Shown here: positions 1 through 10,812 of the stretch, one piece after another
Numbering within the stretch: the first letter of the stretch is position 1
Layout of the letters: every line of letters begins with the position of its first letter
DNA from: Chiloscyllium plagiosum
Lineage: Eukaryota
Direction: 5' to 3'
Assembly (NCBI RefSeq): GCF_004010195.1
Contig: NC_057719.1
Location: 71,614,800-71,678,799, forward strand
DNA length: 64,000 nt
The notes under the pieces: model-generated
What the model saw: the letters and a program-made list of their open reading frames with translations, nothing else
Told to the model about the DNA's origin: nothing
Databases searched by the model: none
Made by a program: the position numbers and the translations under genes

Positions 1-148
1 ACATTTAAGTCGTCATTGGACAAGCATATGGACGTACATGGAATAGTGTAGGTTAGATGGGCTTCAGATTGGTATGACAGGTCGGTGCAACATCGAGGGC
101 CGAAGAGCCTGTACTGCGCTGTAATGTTCTATGTTCTATGTTCTATGT
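1..148 (+). mobile_element. CR1-type LINE 3' end with (TTCTATG)n tail
   Basis: 3' UTR motif ggtcggtgcaacatcgagggccgaagagcctgtactg followed by gttctatgttctatgttctatg; same tail as the CR1 copy ending at 16580. Confidence 0.85.
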
Positions 149-439
149 AATTGGTAGTGCTGAATTTTCACATCTGCAGTTAGTGTGCTGGCCATTGAAT
201 TTCACAGTGTCCAGTCTGCCATGTTCTAGAATTAATTCTCAGTTTCAATCTTTTGCTTTGCACCTTGTTAATAATGCAACCAAAATGTTGGGCAGATTTC
301 TCAAGGAATCACATGGTGGGTGAGGTAGAAGCACTCACCCAGTGGCTTCCATGAGACTAGAGCCACAGGTACAGCCCAGCTGTACACCACTTCAGATGCT
401 GCAAGCCAGGAATGATCTCAGACATTGCAGTGACAGTAA

Positions 440-660
440 CAGAGGAAACACCAGCTCCCTGCACACTTCGTGGACAGGGACCCGGATGTGGTTGTGCATG
501 GGGAGGTGGAGAGGAGGACAGTCCTTCTCCATGCTGACTGCCAAAGGAGCCCATACAGTTTGTCTGGACTGAAATTACAGCATTGCTACGGCTTGAGTCA
601 ACACAGATGCCCAGCAGTATAGAAAGATAATCAATGATATCCTGCGCTCTGCACGGACGA
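440..660 (+). mobile_element. Remnant of PIF/Harbinger Myb/SANT-like DNA-binding ORF
   Basis: Frameshifted translation gives FVDRDPDVVVHGEVERRTVLLHAD and AQQYRKIINDILRSAR, resembling the trihelix motif (QCRKKxNDLxRSAR). Confidence 0.5.
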
Positions 661-1659
661 ATGCCACCATCTTCTCTCTGCCAACATGGAAAGGCGGGGG
701 GGGGGGGGGGGGGGGGGTCATTCTGTAAATTGTTTAAGAAGACAAATTCAAATATGCCAACAAGTCCACCGAATTATCTTTAATACCATAAGAATAAATC
801 AAGAGGCAAAACATCATCTCACACTTTAAACCTAAAATACTGGATTTTGAAAAATAAATACATATATTTGTGTAAAAATAAGTAGCAGTAGTCATTACTT
901 TTTTTTTATCAAATTAATAAAGCAGTTACTTCACTTTAGAATATCAAATGTACTCTCTTTGAAGCAGTGTAATGTCCTTTCCTCAGACACTGAGTGAATA
1001 AGTAATTGGAGGAGTAGGAACAACATCCAGCTTGCAATCTAGCAGTTGATGTGCGGAATGACAGAAATACTAATTTAAGCCATATGCTAATTCCTCATTT
1101 CATTATACATTCTGCAAACTACTTTCAATTCCACTAACTTTCTTCATGTGCCTTACAGACATCCTGCTTCCTTGTCATTTGTGTTCAAGTACATAAGTTC
1201 TAATAATCCTTACTCTTTCTTAACAAAAACATTAAATGTTATTTATTCTTTAACCACTTGCCGTTAATTTTTCCACCAAGATTTCCCAACTTCCCTTTAT
1301 ATAACTTCCTCAGATTTTTCAATTATACAATCAACAAATAAAAGTTTTGTCTTTTTATACAAAAGTCCTTGCACTATCTCTCAAATGTACGGTACTGAGT
1401 GAAAAGTCAATTGACTTCTTCTGAGGAAACTTCAGAATGCACTGCATTGATTTGTGATATTCTGCCTTTTGTTCTGAGAACCTCAGCTCTTAGAGATTAC
1501 AAAGTGATAAGTGACTAAATAATACACTTTGAAATAAATAGCTGTTTTAGAAATGTTGCCTTAAATCAAGTAATAGTTAGACAAAGTCCTTGTGTACATG
1601 CTTCCCTGTCTCTTCTACTTTCTTCCGACTCAATCTTTATTCTGCATGCTTCTATGACG

Positions 1660-1930
1660 GGATCATTAGCCTGCAGTAGTATTGGAACGCTGAAACCTTT
1701 TTAACAGTGTGTGGGTGAAATATTAGAGAGATGTGACTGATGAGGCCTAAGGCACGATGTGTGGCAGAATCAAGCAATAAGTGTGTCAACATCTCAATAA
1801 TGGTTTCAGGAAAACTCAACAAGGAAACCAAAGCAGGTACCCGACGGACTTGGCTTGCTATTTGCTCCAAATGACATCCATGTTGGAAACGGGACACAAA
1901 CATCCCAGGGCACTCTGCCATGGCACTAAC
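1660..1930 (-). mobile_element. Possible highly decayed Harbinger transposase fragment
   Basis: LDSATHRAL and KKGFSVPILLQ weakly resemble IDCTHVAL and NRKGFHSINVQ. Confidence 0.3.
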
Positions 1931-2579
1931 TACATGAGCCCCACATCCAAGGACATTGGCAGCACATGGACTGGAGCAGATGACATCACTGTCATAGCAC
2001 TTACTCAGTCTGAGCATTCCTGGATTACCCATGCCTGGCCTTGTCTTTTTGCACTATGCACCCTCATCCAGAGATATCAGGTTCATATGATTGCTGTCTT
2101 GTCAGGTGTTTAGTGCAGACACAAAGCCAGGAAGCTTGGCTGAGCTGTCAGCACGTCTCAGTCAGACCAAGGGAAGGGTTAGCCTTCACTCAGGGATTCT
2201 CTGCACAGTAACAAGGGCAGCCAGAGAGGCCAGTGCAGACCCTGCTCAGGGCAGTCAGTGTCAGCATCCTCTCCTCATCAAAAACTGAGAAGCCGAACGA
2301 TGCCACCACTCCCATCTGGATGCTTGCTGCCCTGTTGTGGGCTGTTTTCCTCCTGGTTTCAATGAAAGGCAAATTTTGCAGAAGATGAAAATAGGGAGCA
2401 CACCATCCCACTGTCAGCTGAGAGTAATCCCAATTAGCAGCAACTGATTCTCCCAGGCTGACCTTTACCCACTCCTTTGTCTGTCCAACCACTGTTTTCT
2501 TTCTCTCTCTCTCTCTCTCTCTCTCAGGGTTTCATCTCGACTGATTGCTTACTTCTTTCCCCTCTCCCATCTTCAGCAT

Positions 2580-2740
2580 ACACACCTACCTTTTCCAGCC
2601 CAATAAGTTCTGAAGAAGGGTCTCCGGACCTGAAACATTAACTCTGTTTTCTCTCCACAGATGCTGCCAGACCTGCTGAGTTTCCCAGCAATTTTTGTTT
2701 TTGTCTCTGATTTCCAACATCTGCAGTTCCTTGGTTTTGT
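2580..2740 (+). mobile_element. Penelope-like terminal repeat with minimal hammerhead motif
   Basis: agtt-CTGAAGA-a-gggtc-tccg-gacct-GAAAC-att-aact at 2606-2643, followed by the recurrent cacagatgctgccagacctgctgagt...catctgcag body. Confidence 0.7.
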
Positions 2741-2929
2741 TTGGACCCAGTTGTTAGTACTGGTGCAGGTGAGGAGTTGTCCTGGGTGAGTGAGTAGGCA
2801 GCACAGAGGGTAAGCAGGGTTCGTGGTGGTGTTGGGGGTCAGGCTGGGTGACAGCAGGTGGTGAAGATGTTGAAGGTGATAGTGAGATTGTAGTGCATGA
2901 ACCTTGGAGGGAGGTGTGTGTTATAGCAG

Positions 2930-3110
2930 AGATAAAGTAAGTGCAAGGCATCAGAGAGAAGATGGTGGAGCATAACCTGGTAGGATAGAGAAGGTCATTA
3001 GCCTTCATTCTACAGTGATAGGCATTCTTCCAGACAGCTGAGGCTGTTTCAACCTTGGATTGAGTTAGCATGATCTGGTGAAATGGTCTCTACTGAGGAA
3101 TGAGGAAGAC
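2930..3110 (-). mobile_element. Remnant of Harbinger Myb/SANT-like ORF
   Basis: ORF 2754..3071 starts KVETASAVWKNAYHCRMKANDLLYPTR, similar to the motif at 440-660. Confidence 0.45.
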
Positions 3111-3154
3111 CTGAGAGACACCATGGGGACACGGTGAGTAATCAATGAGGTGTT

Positions 3155-3290
3155 AAAATAAAACAAAGAACTCTAGATGTTGGCGTTCTGAAACAAAAAC
3201 AAGACAGTGATGGATAAGTCAAGCATGTCTGGCAACTTTTCTGGAGGGAAGAACAAAATTAACACATTGAGTCCAGTGACCCCTTGGTAA
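3155..3290 (-). mobile_element. Degenerate Penelope-like terminal repeat
   Basis: Reverse-complement similarity to 2607-2740. Confidence 0.5.
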
Positions 3291-3589
3291 CCTGAACGAG
3301 GTGTTGTTTAGATAGACAGAACAAGAGAATTCATGAGGCCTTGTGACAATAAATCCTCCAAAAAACCTGATGCAACTCAGATTTAGCCAAAAGAAATTAC
3401 GATTCAGCCTAATGATTGTTAGTCAAGCCAAAGACTGGGTTGCAGAATGACATAGATCCTGCAATTTGAAGAGTACATGAAATTAAGAAGCACAGAAATC
3501 TAGGAAAAGGTGGCTTTTAAAAAAAAAATTATATTAGCAGGATAGAGACAGATCACCTGACTCTCCCAGCAATGGATACAAATTTTAAC

Positions 3590-4450
3590 CAAAATAGCCA
3601 AACATTTCCTTTTTATGTACATGTAAAGAAGGTTTTACAATCTATTTTATGACTTTTTTACTGGTTACATCCCTATTCTATTCTTTCTTTTCTTACATTT
3701 TGATTGACCTTTACTGCATTTCAAGCTCCTTCCAATTCTCAGTTTATTACAATTTCTGGCCACCTTATAGCCTTTTCAATCTTACTTAATTCTTAATTTT
3801 CATTGTTGCCGAAGGTTGATGAGTGCTTTTACATTTTTGTGCCTTGAAAGAACGTACAATTGCCATATACTACGTAACAATTCTTTAAGGATTTTCTATT
3901 GCTTATGTACCACCACAGATTTTAACGTACTGTCCCGAACCACCTCAGCCAAATTAGTCGCTCATAACTTCAGGACTTCTTATGTTCAAATTTAATCCAC
4001 TGCGCTTCTGACTGAATTAACTCACTTTCAAGCATAGTGTAAAAAAATTAAATATTATGGTCACTCATCTTTAAAGGTTCTTTTACAACAATATTATGAA
4101 TTAGAACTTCTTTGTAACACAATACTCGACCTAAAGTAGCCTGTTCTTCAATTGGCTGCTCAACATACAGTTCCTGAAACCATATTAAACACAGTTTAAG
4201 AGATCACCTTACCCCACAGCTTTAGTATTGAATTAGTTTACCCAGTTTATATGCTGGTTTAATCAACCATGATTACTGTATTAGTCATGCTCCTTGCTTC
4301 TTTAATCTCCTGACTTATACCATGCTTCTCATCATCATTACTGTTACGTGGCCAATAAACAACTCCTACCAATGTTTGCTGCCCCAGCTGTTTCCCAGCT
4401 CCATCCAAACAGATTTCACAGTGATTTCTTTTGTTCCGAGATCTTCCCTC
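3590..4450 (-). mobile_element. Old CR1-type LINE fragment (endonuclease region), host of the Tx1 insertion; resumes at 10770-10812
   Basis: Minus-strand KSVWMELGNSWG and TLVGVVYWPRNS...TVIMVD; the upstream motif KGIGGGFALLIQDGI lies just past the 3' TSD. Confidence 0.75.
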
Positions 4451-4462
4451 ATTAATAGCTTG

Positions 4463-4499
4463 ATCGCTTCTCAGCCTTTTGGCTCGGAATACGTGTAGT
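4463..4499 (+). ncRNA. U2 snRNA-derived 5' fragment (nt 1-37) forming the element's head; not a functional U2 gene
   Basis: ATCGCTTCTCAGCCTTTTGGCTCGGAATACGTGTAGT vs recalled U2 ATCGCTTCTCGGCCTTTTGGCTAAGATCAAGTGTAGT: 31/37 ungapped, starting at U2 nt 1. Confidence 0.88.
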
Positions 4500-4549
4500 T
4501 CCTGAGAACCAGAGGAAGAGATTCTGCTCGAGCGCTGCAGCGGACATGT

Positions 4550-4570
4550 CCTGGCGGGGAAGATACCACG
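4550..4570 (+). ncRNA. U1 snRNA-like fragment (nt 8-28) inside the Tx1 5' UTR
   Basis: CCTGGCGGGGAAGATACCACG vs recalled U1 CCTGGCAGGGGAGATACCATG: 18/21 ungapped. Confidence 0.55.
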
Positions 4571-4724
4571 GGGGTCGTGTTGCGAGTCGTTGGAGCTGCT
4601 GGAGACCATCGCTGGATCGTGATTGGACGTTGGAGGATTGTTTGGTTGCGATCACCTGCTCTTGGTGGATCTTTATGCTGGCTTCGGCCTAACGCCAATT
4701 CAGGTACCAGCCAACCTCAGAGCT

Positions 4725-6182
4725 ATGGCCTCAGCAGCCGCTCGCAGCCCAGGTCAGGGCATTCGCAACACAGTCAGGGTGAGTGTGAAGAAGGTGGAGG
4801 AGCACAGACCAGTCGATCGGACGATGAAGAAGATTTTGCTGGAGTGCTGCGGGTTCAAAGCAGCGGACGTGTACTGCCTGCAGGATTTCCCTGTGGCAGG
4901 CTATTTCGAGGTGACCTTCAGGAGTGTGAAGAATTGCGAGCAGCTCCTTCAAGGAGAAGGAAGGGGAACCTCTGTTCTCCATGTTGTCTGCGGTCCCGTT
5001 GTGTGTGCTTCCTGCGCGAAGGAGTCGGGTTATAACAATCCAGATGTACAACCCTCATGTCCCAGCAGCAGATGTCCTGACCTTCCTGAGGAGATACGTC
5101 CAGTTCGAGGGAGAGAGTACCGATGTGGTCGATCCTTTCGGGATCTGGACCAGCAAAAGACAGGTCAGGGTAACCCTGAGGGTCAATGCCAGTGGGAACA
5201 TCCTCCACCCACCCTCCAGCTTTGCCATCGGAGGAAGCAGAGGTTACCTGACATACGCAGGGCAGCCGAAAGTGTGCCGAACCTGCGGGAGGTCAGGCCA
5301 CATGGTGGCGGATTGTAAGGTGACCGTCTGCTGAAACTGCAAGCAGGAAGGCCACCCGACCAACGAATGTAAGGAGGCCAAGAACTGTAATCTGTGCGGA
5401 GAGGCGGGCCACATTTACAAGGCCTGCCCAAGACGAGGGGCTGCCACCTACGCACAGATGGCCGGAGGTGGCAACACGAGCCGTGGACTGCCCAAGACCA
5501 GCAAGGTACCACAAACCAGCACAGGAACAGTGTCTGGAGGTGCCCAGACGGAAGGGCAGGCTGTAGCGGAGCAGATGGCAGACAGTGGGGAGGGTGCAGC
5601 AGCCGATCCAATTCCTTCAAGACAGACGGAGGAAATGGAAGAGGAGGGAACAAAAGAGGCAGAGGATTGGATTACTGTCAAAAGCAAGAAGAGGAAACCT
5701 CACCAGGCCCCCAAAGCCACCCAGCGAAGGGGGAAGCGACACCTACACAACAGTGATACAGGCAGCTCTTCCAACGGTGAGGGCGGGCGCAAGGAGTGTC
5801 ATCACCAGAGGAAGAGACAGAGCGCCGCGGGGAAAAAGGAGGGCGCACCGCCCAAGCAGGAAAAGGCGATCCCTCTGAGGGGATGGGGAAAGGCCTCCCC
5901 CCACCTGGTGAGAACCAAGAGGTACCCACCGGCCCACAGCTCCAGGTAACTGGGAGCAGCGGTACTGTGACAGCCCCGCTGTCAGATGGAGAACTGGGCT
6001 GTGTCGACCCGGGGCCCGACCCGAAGATACCAGAGCAGGGAAATGGCCCTAGCATGGAGCCGGACAGCTACCTCAGCCCTGGGAGGGTTCAGCAGTTTGT
6101 CATCACCATGGGAATGCACACAGCTACCCCAGAGGGGCAAGACCAGCAGCAAATGGGCACTGTTAACCTTGTAAACTGTTAA
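4725..6182 (+). pseudogene. Tx1 ORF1 (ZCCHC3-like nucleic-acid-binding protein, three zinc knuckles), frameshifted
   Basis: MASAAARSPGQG...; YAGQPKVCRTCGRSGHMVADC, C*NCKQEGHPTNEC and CNLCGEAGHIYKAC at 5275-5427; in-frame TGA at 5332; frameshifts near 4950 and 5870; TAA at 6180-6182. Confidence 0.88.
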
Positions 6183-6464
6183 AATGGGGTTAAAAATTGC
6201 CAGCATCAATGTGCGTAGCATCAAATCAGCTAAGCGATGTGTTTCTTCCTGGCCAACGTTAAAGCCGACCTCCTGTTTCTGCAGGAGTGTGGGATACCGC
6301 ACCTCAGCAGCTACAGGAGATGGTCGAGCTTGTGGGCCCATGGGCTGTCAGTCTGGTCGGGGGGCAACGATTGGTGGGCGGGCACCTCCTCGTCGCCGAC
6401 ATCATGTACAGGAATGCTCTCCTGAGACTGATTAATGTGTACGCCCCAGTGGGTAAGAGTGAAC

Positions 6465-6938
6465 NNNNNNNNNNNNNNNNNNNNNNNNNNNNNNNNNNNN
6501 NNNNNNNNNNNNNNNNNNNNNNNNNNNNNNNNNNNNNNNNNNNNNNNNNNNNNNNNNNNNNNNNNNNNNNNNNNNNNNNNNNNNNNNNNNNNNNNNNNNN
6601 NNNNNNNNNNNNNNNNNNNNNNNNNNNNNNNNNNNNNNNNNNNNNNNNNNNNNNNNNNNNNNNNNNNNNNNNNNNNNNNNNNNNNNNNNNNNNNNNNNNN
6701 NNNNNNNNNNNNNNNNNNNNNNNNNNNNNNNNNNNNNNNNNNNNNNNNNNNNNNNNNNNNNNNNNNNNNNNNNNNNNNNNNNNNNNNNNNNNNNNNNNNN
6801 NNNNNNNNNNNNNNNNNNNNNNNNNNNNNNNNNNNNNNNNNNNNNNNNNNNNNNNNNNNNNNNNNNNNNNNNNNNNNNNNNNNNNNNNNNNNNNNNNNNN
6901 NNNNNNNNNNNNNNNNNNNNNNNNNNNNNNNNNNNNNN
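6465..6938. other. Assembly gap
   Basis: Run of N. Confidence 1.
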
Positions 6939-8849
6939 GGGAAACATTGAGGAGCTCAAGAGGGACTACGCAGGTTGGAGAACCGTGAAGCCCCTCTTTG
7001 AGTCCCCAGCAGACTGGTGGGAAACAGTAAAAGGGAACATCAAGAGGTTCTTCATCCTCAAAGGTGTTTAGGAGGCGAGAGAGTGGCGGGGAAAATTGTC
7101 CCAGCTCCAGGAAAGTATGCAGAACCTGTTCCTGCTGCAGACGGTGGGGGTGGATGTCACGGAGGACCTCAAGAGGTGAAGGGCCAGCAAGCCTCGCTCT
7201 TTGCCTCGGAGGCCTCCAAGATAATCTTCCGGTCCAGGTCCACTCGGTGGAGCAGGACGAAACGTGCTCATGTTTCTTCTTCCAGAAGGTGCACAAAGAG
7301 AGCTCCGTGCTCAGCAGCCTGAAGGTAGAAGCTGGCTCAGTAACATCATCTCAGGCTGACATCATGAGGATCAGCAAATCCTTCTATGCAGTCTGTATGA
7401 CGCGAAGCCGACCGACAACACGGCATCCCAGTCGTTCCTGTCCTCTATCACGGAGGTCTTAGACGACAGAACACGCGAGAGGCTAGACCAGCCGCTATCT
7501 CTGGACGAGCTGACCAAGGCTCTCGATTCCTTAGAAAAGAATAAAACTCCCGGGAGCGACGACTTACCGGTCGAGCTCTATTCCGCTCTGTGGGACTTGA
7601 TTGGCCAGGACCTGCTGGAGGTGTATGTCAGTATGCTTCGGGCAGGTACCATGAGTGAATCCATGAGGAAAGGCATCATCACCCTCATCTACAAGCGGAA
7701 GGGGGAGAGGGAGGAACTCAAAAATTGGAGACCAATCTCACTGTTGAATGCGGATTACAAAATTCTGTCAAAGGTAATCGCCAACCGGGTCAGGTCTGCC
7801 CTGGGGTCGGTGATTCACCCTGACCAAACCTGTGCTGTGCCGGGCAGGAAGCTCGCTGAGAGTTTCGCACTCCTCAGGGATACGATCGCCTACGTGCAGG
7901 ACAGAGGGTTGGACACCTGCATGATCAGCCTGTACCAGGAGAAAGCCTTTGACAGGATATCACACAGGTATATGAGAGATGTTCTCTCCAATATGGGCTT
8001 TGGGGAGGGAATCTGCAATTGAATCAGACTGCTCTACACCAACATTGTCAGTGCAGTCTCAATCAATGGGTAGGAATCAGATAGCTTCCCAGTCAGATCT
8101 GGAGTCAGGCAGGGCTGTCCTCTCTCTCCTGCCTTGTTTGTGTGCTACATAGAGCCATTTTTCGAGTCCATCAGGAAGGATGCGAGCCTGAGAGGGGTGA
8201 CTATTCCTGGCTGCGGGGGCCTGCAGGTTAAGGCCTCCCTGTACATGGATGACATCGCCATTTTCTGCTCGAATCCGCTGTCTGTGCGCAGACACATGTG
8301 CACATGTGACCAGTTCGAACGGGCCTCGGGGGCCAAGGTAAACCGAGGCAAGAGCGAGGCCATGCTCTTCGGGAACTGGGCCGACCAATCTTCGATCCCC
8401 TTCACCTTCCGGACCAACCACCTGAAGGTGCTGGGTATTTGGTTCGGGGGGGCTGGCGCATGCGCCAAGTCTTGGGAGGAGCGTATCAGCAAAGTGAGGC
8501 AGAAACTGGGCAGATGGAAGCTATGGTCGCTCTCCATCGCGGGAAAAAGCCTGGTCATCAGGTGTGAGGCACTGTCATTGCTGTTATAGTTGATACAGGT
8601 CTGGCCTATTCCCAGAACCTGTGCCGCTGCAGTCACCCGGGCCATCTTCCAATTTATATGGAGGTCAAAGATGGACCGGGTCCGAAGGGATTCGCTGTAC
8701 AAAGATCTGGGAAAAAATACACCCAATGCTACCTTCACCCTGATGGCCACCTTTGTGTGTGGCTGCATCAAGCTGTGCGTGGATCCCTGGTACGCAAACA
8801 CCAAGTGTCACTACGTACTGAGGTTCTACCTGTCGCCAGTGTTGCGAAG

Positions 8850-9797
8850 TCGAGGAGGTGGCAGCCAGCGGAGAGACACAGCAGCTGATCGTGGCTCTCG
8901 CTGGGCAGATGGAAGCAATGGAGGAGAAGGTAATCGAGCAGACAGAGGAGTGGATACCTGTTAAAAACAGGAAGAGAAAATCCGGCCAGGCCCCCAAAGC
9001 CTCCCAGCATAGGGGGAAAAGACAGCTGCACGAGAGAGGGACGCCGGTTATAAACAGGAAGAGAAAATCCGGCCACGCCCACAAAGCCTCCGAGCAAAGG
9101 GGGAAAAGACAGCTGCATGAGGGAGGGATGGCCAGCTCTTCGAAAGGAGAAGACGGGCGCACAGAATATCAGCACCACCAGAAGAAGAGACAGAGCGCCG
9201 TAGATAAAGAGGAGGGCATTTCCTCCCAACCAGGAAACAACGGACCCCCCGAAGTCCACCCTCCACCCAGTGAGAACCAGGGGGTACCCACTGCCCCACA
9301 ACAACAGACAACTGAGAGCTGCGATCCTCTGACAGTCCCATTGTCAGACACAGAACTGGATGGTGCGGACCCTTGCCTTGGCTCAATGACTCCAGAGCAG
9401 GTAAGTGACCACAGTGAAAGCCTGGATAACTACCTCAGCCCAGCGAGGGTCCAGCGGTTCGTGCTCACCATGGGGATGCAGACAGCTTCCCCAGAGACAG
9501 GACAGTCAAATGGACAACGGTAACCCCATACACTGGGATTAAAAAAGGTTCATTTGCTATAGTATAACAGGGCACCCACTCAGTCGGAGGGTCCTGCTGA
9601 AGCCACAGCTAAATAATAAGAGACTGGATGGTTAATAAAGGGAACTGTAAATAGGATAGCTGTAAATTCGAGTAATTCAATCTGTTCTTTGTAATGTTAA
9701 GACATGCAATGTATATATCTATGAACGACATGACAAATTGTACAAGTACCAAAGATTTATTTCTATGAATAAAGTATATTTTGAAATTAAAAAAAAA
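8850..9797 (+). mobile_element. Nested 5'-truncated ORF1-only Tx1 derivative (ORF1 C-terminus + 3' UTR + poly(A))
   Basis: ORF 8858..9523 is homologous to the host ORF1 C-terminus; 3' end matches the host 3' UTR; TSD acctgtcgccagtgttgcgaag 8828-8849 / acctgtccccggtgttgcgaag 9797-9818. Confidence 0.88.
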
Positions 9798-10812
9798 CCT
9801 GTCCCCGGTGTTGCGAAGGATGGGCCTGGCCTCGCTGCCGTGGAACGCTCCGAGTAGTTGGACTGTTCCATATCACCTGTCCTTTGTGGAGATGTTTATG
9901 AAGAAAAACACCTTTGACCACAAGTCCATCAGGAAGTGGTCAGTACATAGTGTCCTTGAGACCCTTCGGGAAAAGAAGAGGATGGATCCTGTCGAGCGGG
10001 TCCCTGAGCAGACTGTCAAAGTCATTTGGCAGAATGCCTCATCGCCAGAACTTTCCAACAAGCACCAAGACATGGCTTGGCTGGTGGTGAAAAGGGCTCT
10101 GCCTGTGAGATCCTTTATGCACGCCCGGACTCTCAGCCGCACCGCATGCTGCCCTCGAAGCGGCTGCGGGGGGGACGAGACTGTCACACACCTCCTTCTG
10201 GAATGTGCCGACGCAGAAGAAGTCTGGAAAGGAATGCAGTGGTGTTTGTCGACGTTCGTCCCGAGCAGCGCCGTGACGCGGGACTCCCTGCTCTACGGCC
10301 TGTTCCCCAGGACGCACACCGAGACGAACATCAACTGCCCTTGGAGGATCATCAACTCGGTGAAGGATGCTCTCTGGGCGGTCCGAAACCTATTGATCTT
10401 CCAGCTGAAGGAGTTGATCCCGACTGAGTGTTGCAGACTGGCACATTCCAAGGTCCAGGACTACGCTTTGAGGGACACGCTGAAGCTTAGGGCAGCTGCC
10501 ACCAAGGCACGGTGGGGTAAGACCACCATGTAACATCTGCCTGCCTAAGAAGAACAGGGGGCCCACCCAGTCATTTGGGCTCCGCTGACGGCTCAGCTAA
10601 ATATATGGATATATGATTGATAAACGTACAGACCTGTATATATAAATGATAAATTCTGATCTCTGTATGTAAATGTTTACGTATGTATGGCATGACCAAC
10701 TGTACAGACCATCAAATTATTTTATGAATAAATTATATTTTTGAAATAAAAAAAATTAATAACTTGATCCCATCCTGTATTAACAGTGCAAAACCACCTC
10801 CGATTCCTTTAC

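Larger units (their letters stand above)
6184..10533 (+). pseudogene. Tx1 ORF2 (AP endonuclease, reverse transcriptase, CCHC finger); disrupted by stops, frameshifts, a gap and a nested insertion
   Basis: MGLKIASINVRSIK, LLFLQECG, LINVYAP; NWRPISLLNADYKILSK, QEKAFDRISH, GVRQGCPLSP, YMDD; CPRSGCGGDETVTHLLLEC; ends WGKTTM*. Confidence 0.93.
4463..10755 (+). mobile_element. Near full-length Tx1-clade non-LTR retrotransposon (Keno-like, U2-headed), inactivated
   Basis: 5' UTR, ORF1 with 3 CCHC knuckles, ORF2 with APE, RT (YMDD at 8242-8253) and C-terminal CCHC, AATAAA at 10727 and A tail; TSD attaatagcttgatc 4451-4465 / attaataacttgatc 10755-10769. Confidence 0.93.

Noticed and set aside
696..717. 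Long G run (and CT, GA, GT microsatellites elsewhere)
   Set aside because: Ordinary simple repeats with no further structure
4463..4499. Functional U2 snRNA gene
   Set aside because: Only nt 1-37 are present, with no Sm site or 3' half, and upstream sequence is a CR1 remnant rather than an snRNA promoter
4676..4688. U6 5'-end-like 13-mer (TGCTGGCTTCGGC, 12/13) in the Tx1 5' UTR
   Set aside because: Too short to tell from chance; worth rechecking only on a family consensus
4725..6182. Host ZCCHC3 gene
   Set aside because: Lies within a TSD-flanked retrotransposon directly ahead of ORF2 and has stops and frameshifts
6287..7296. Long ORFs in the track (233-330 aa)
   Set aside because: Artefacts of translating through N runs; the same applies to 20743-21679
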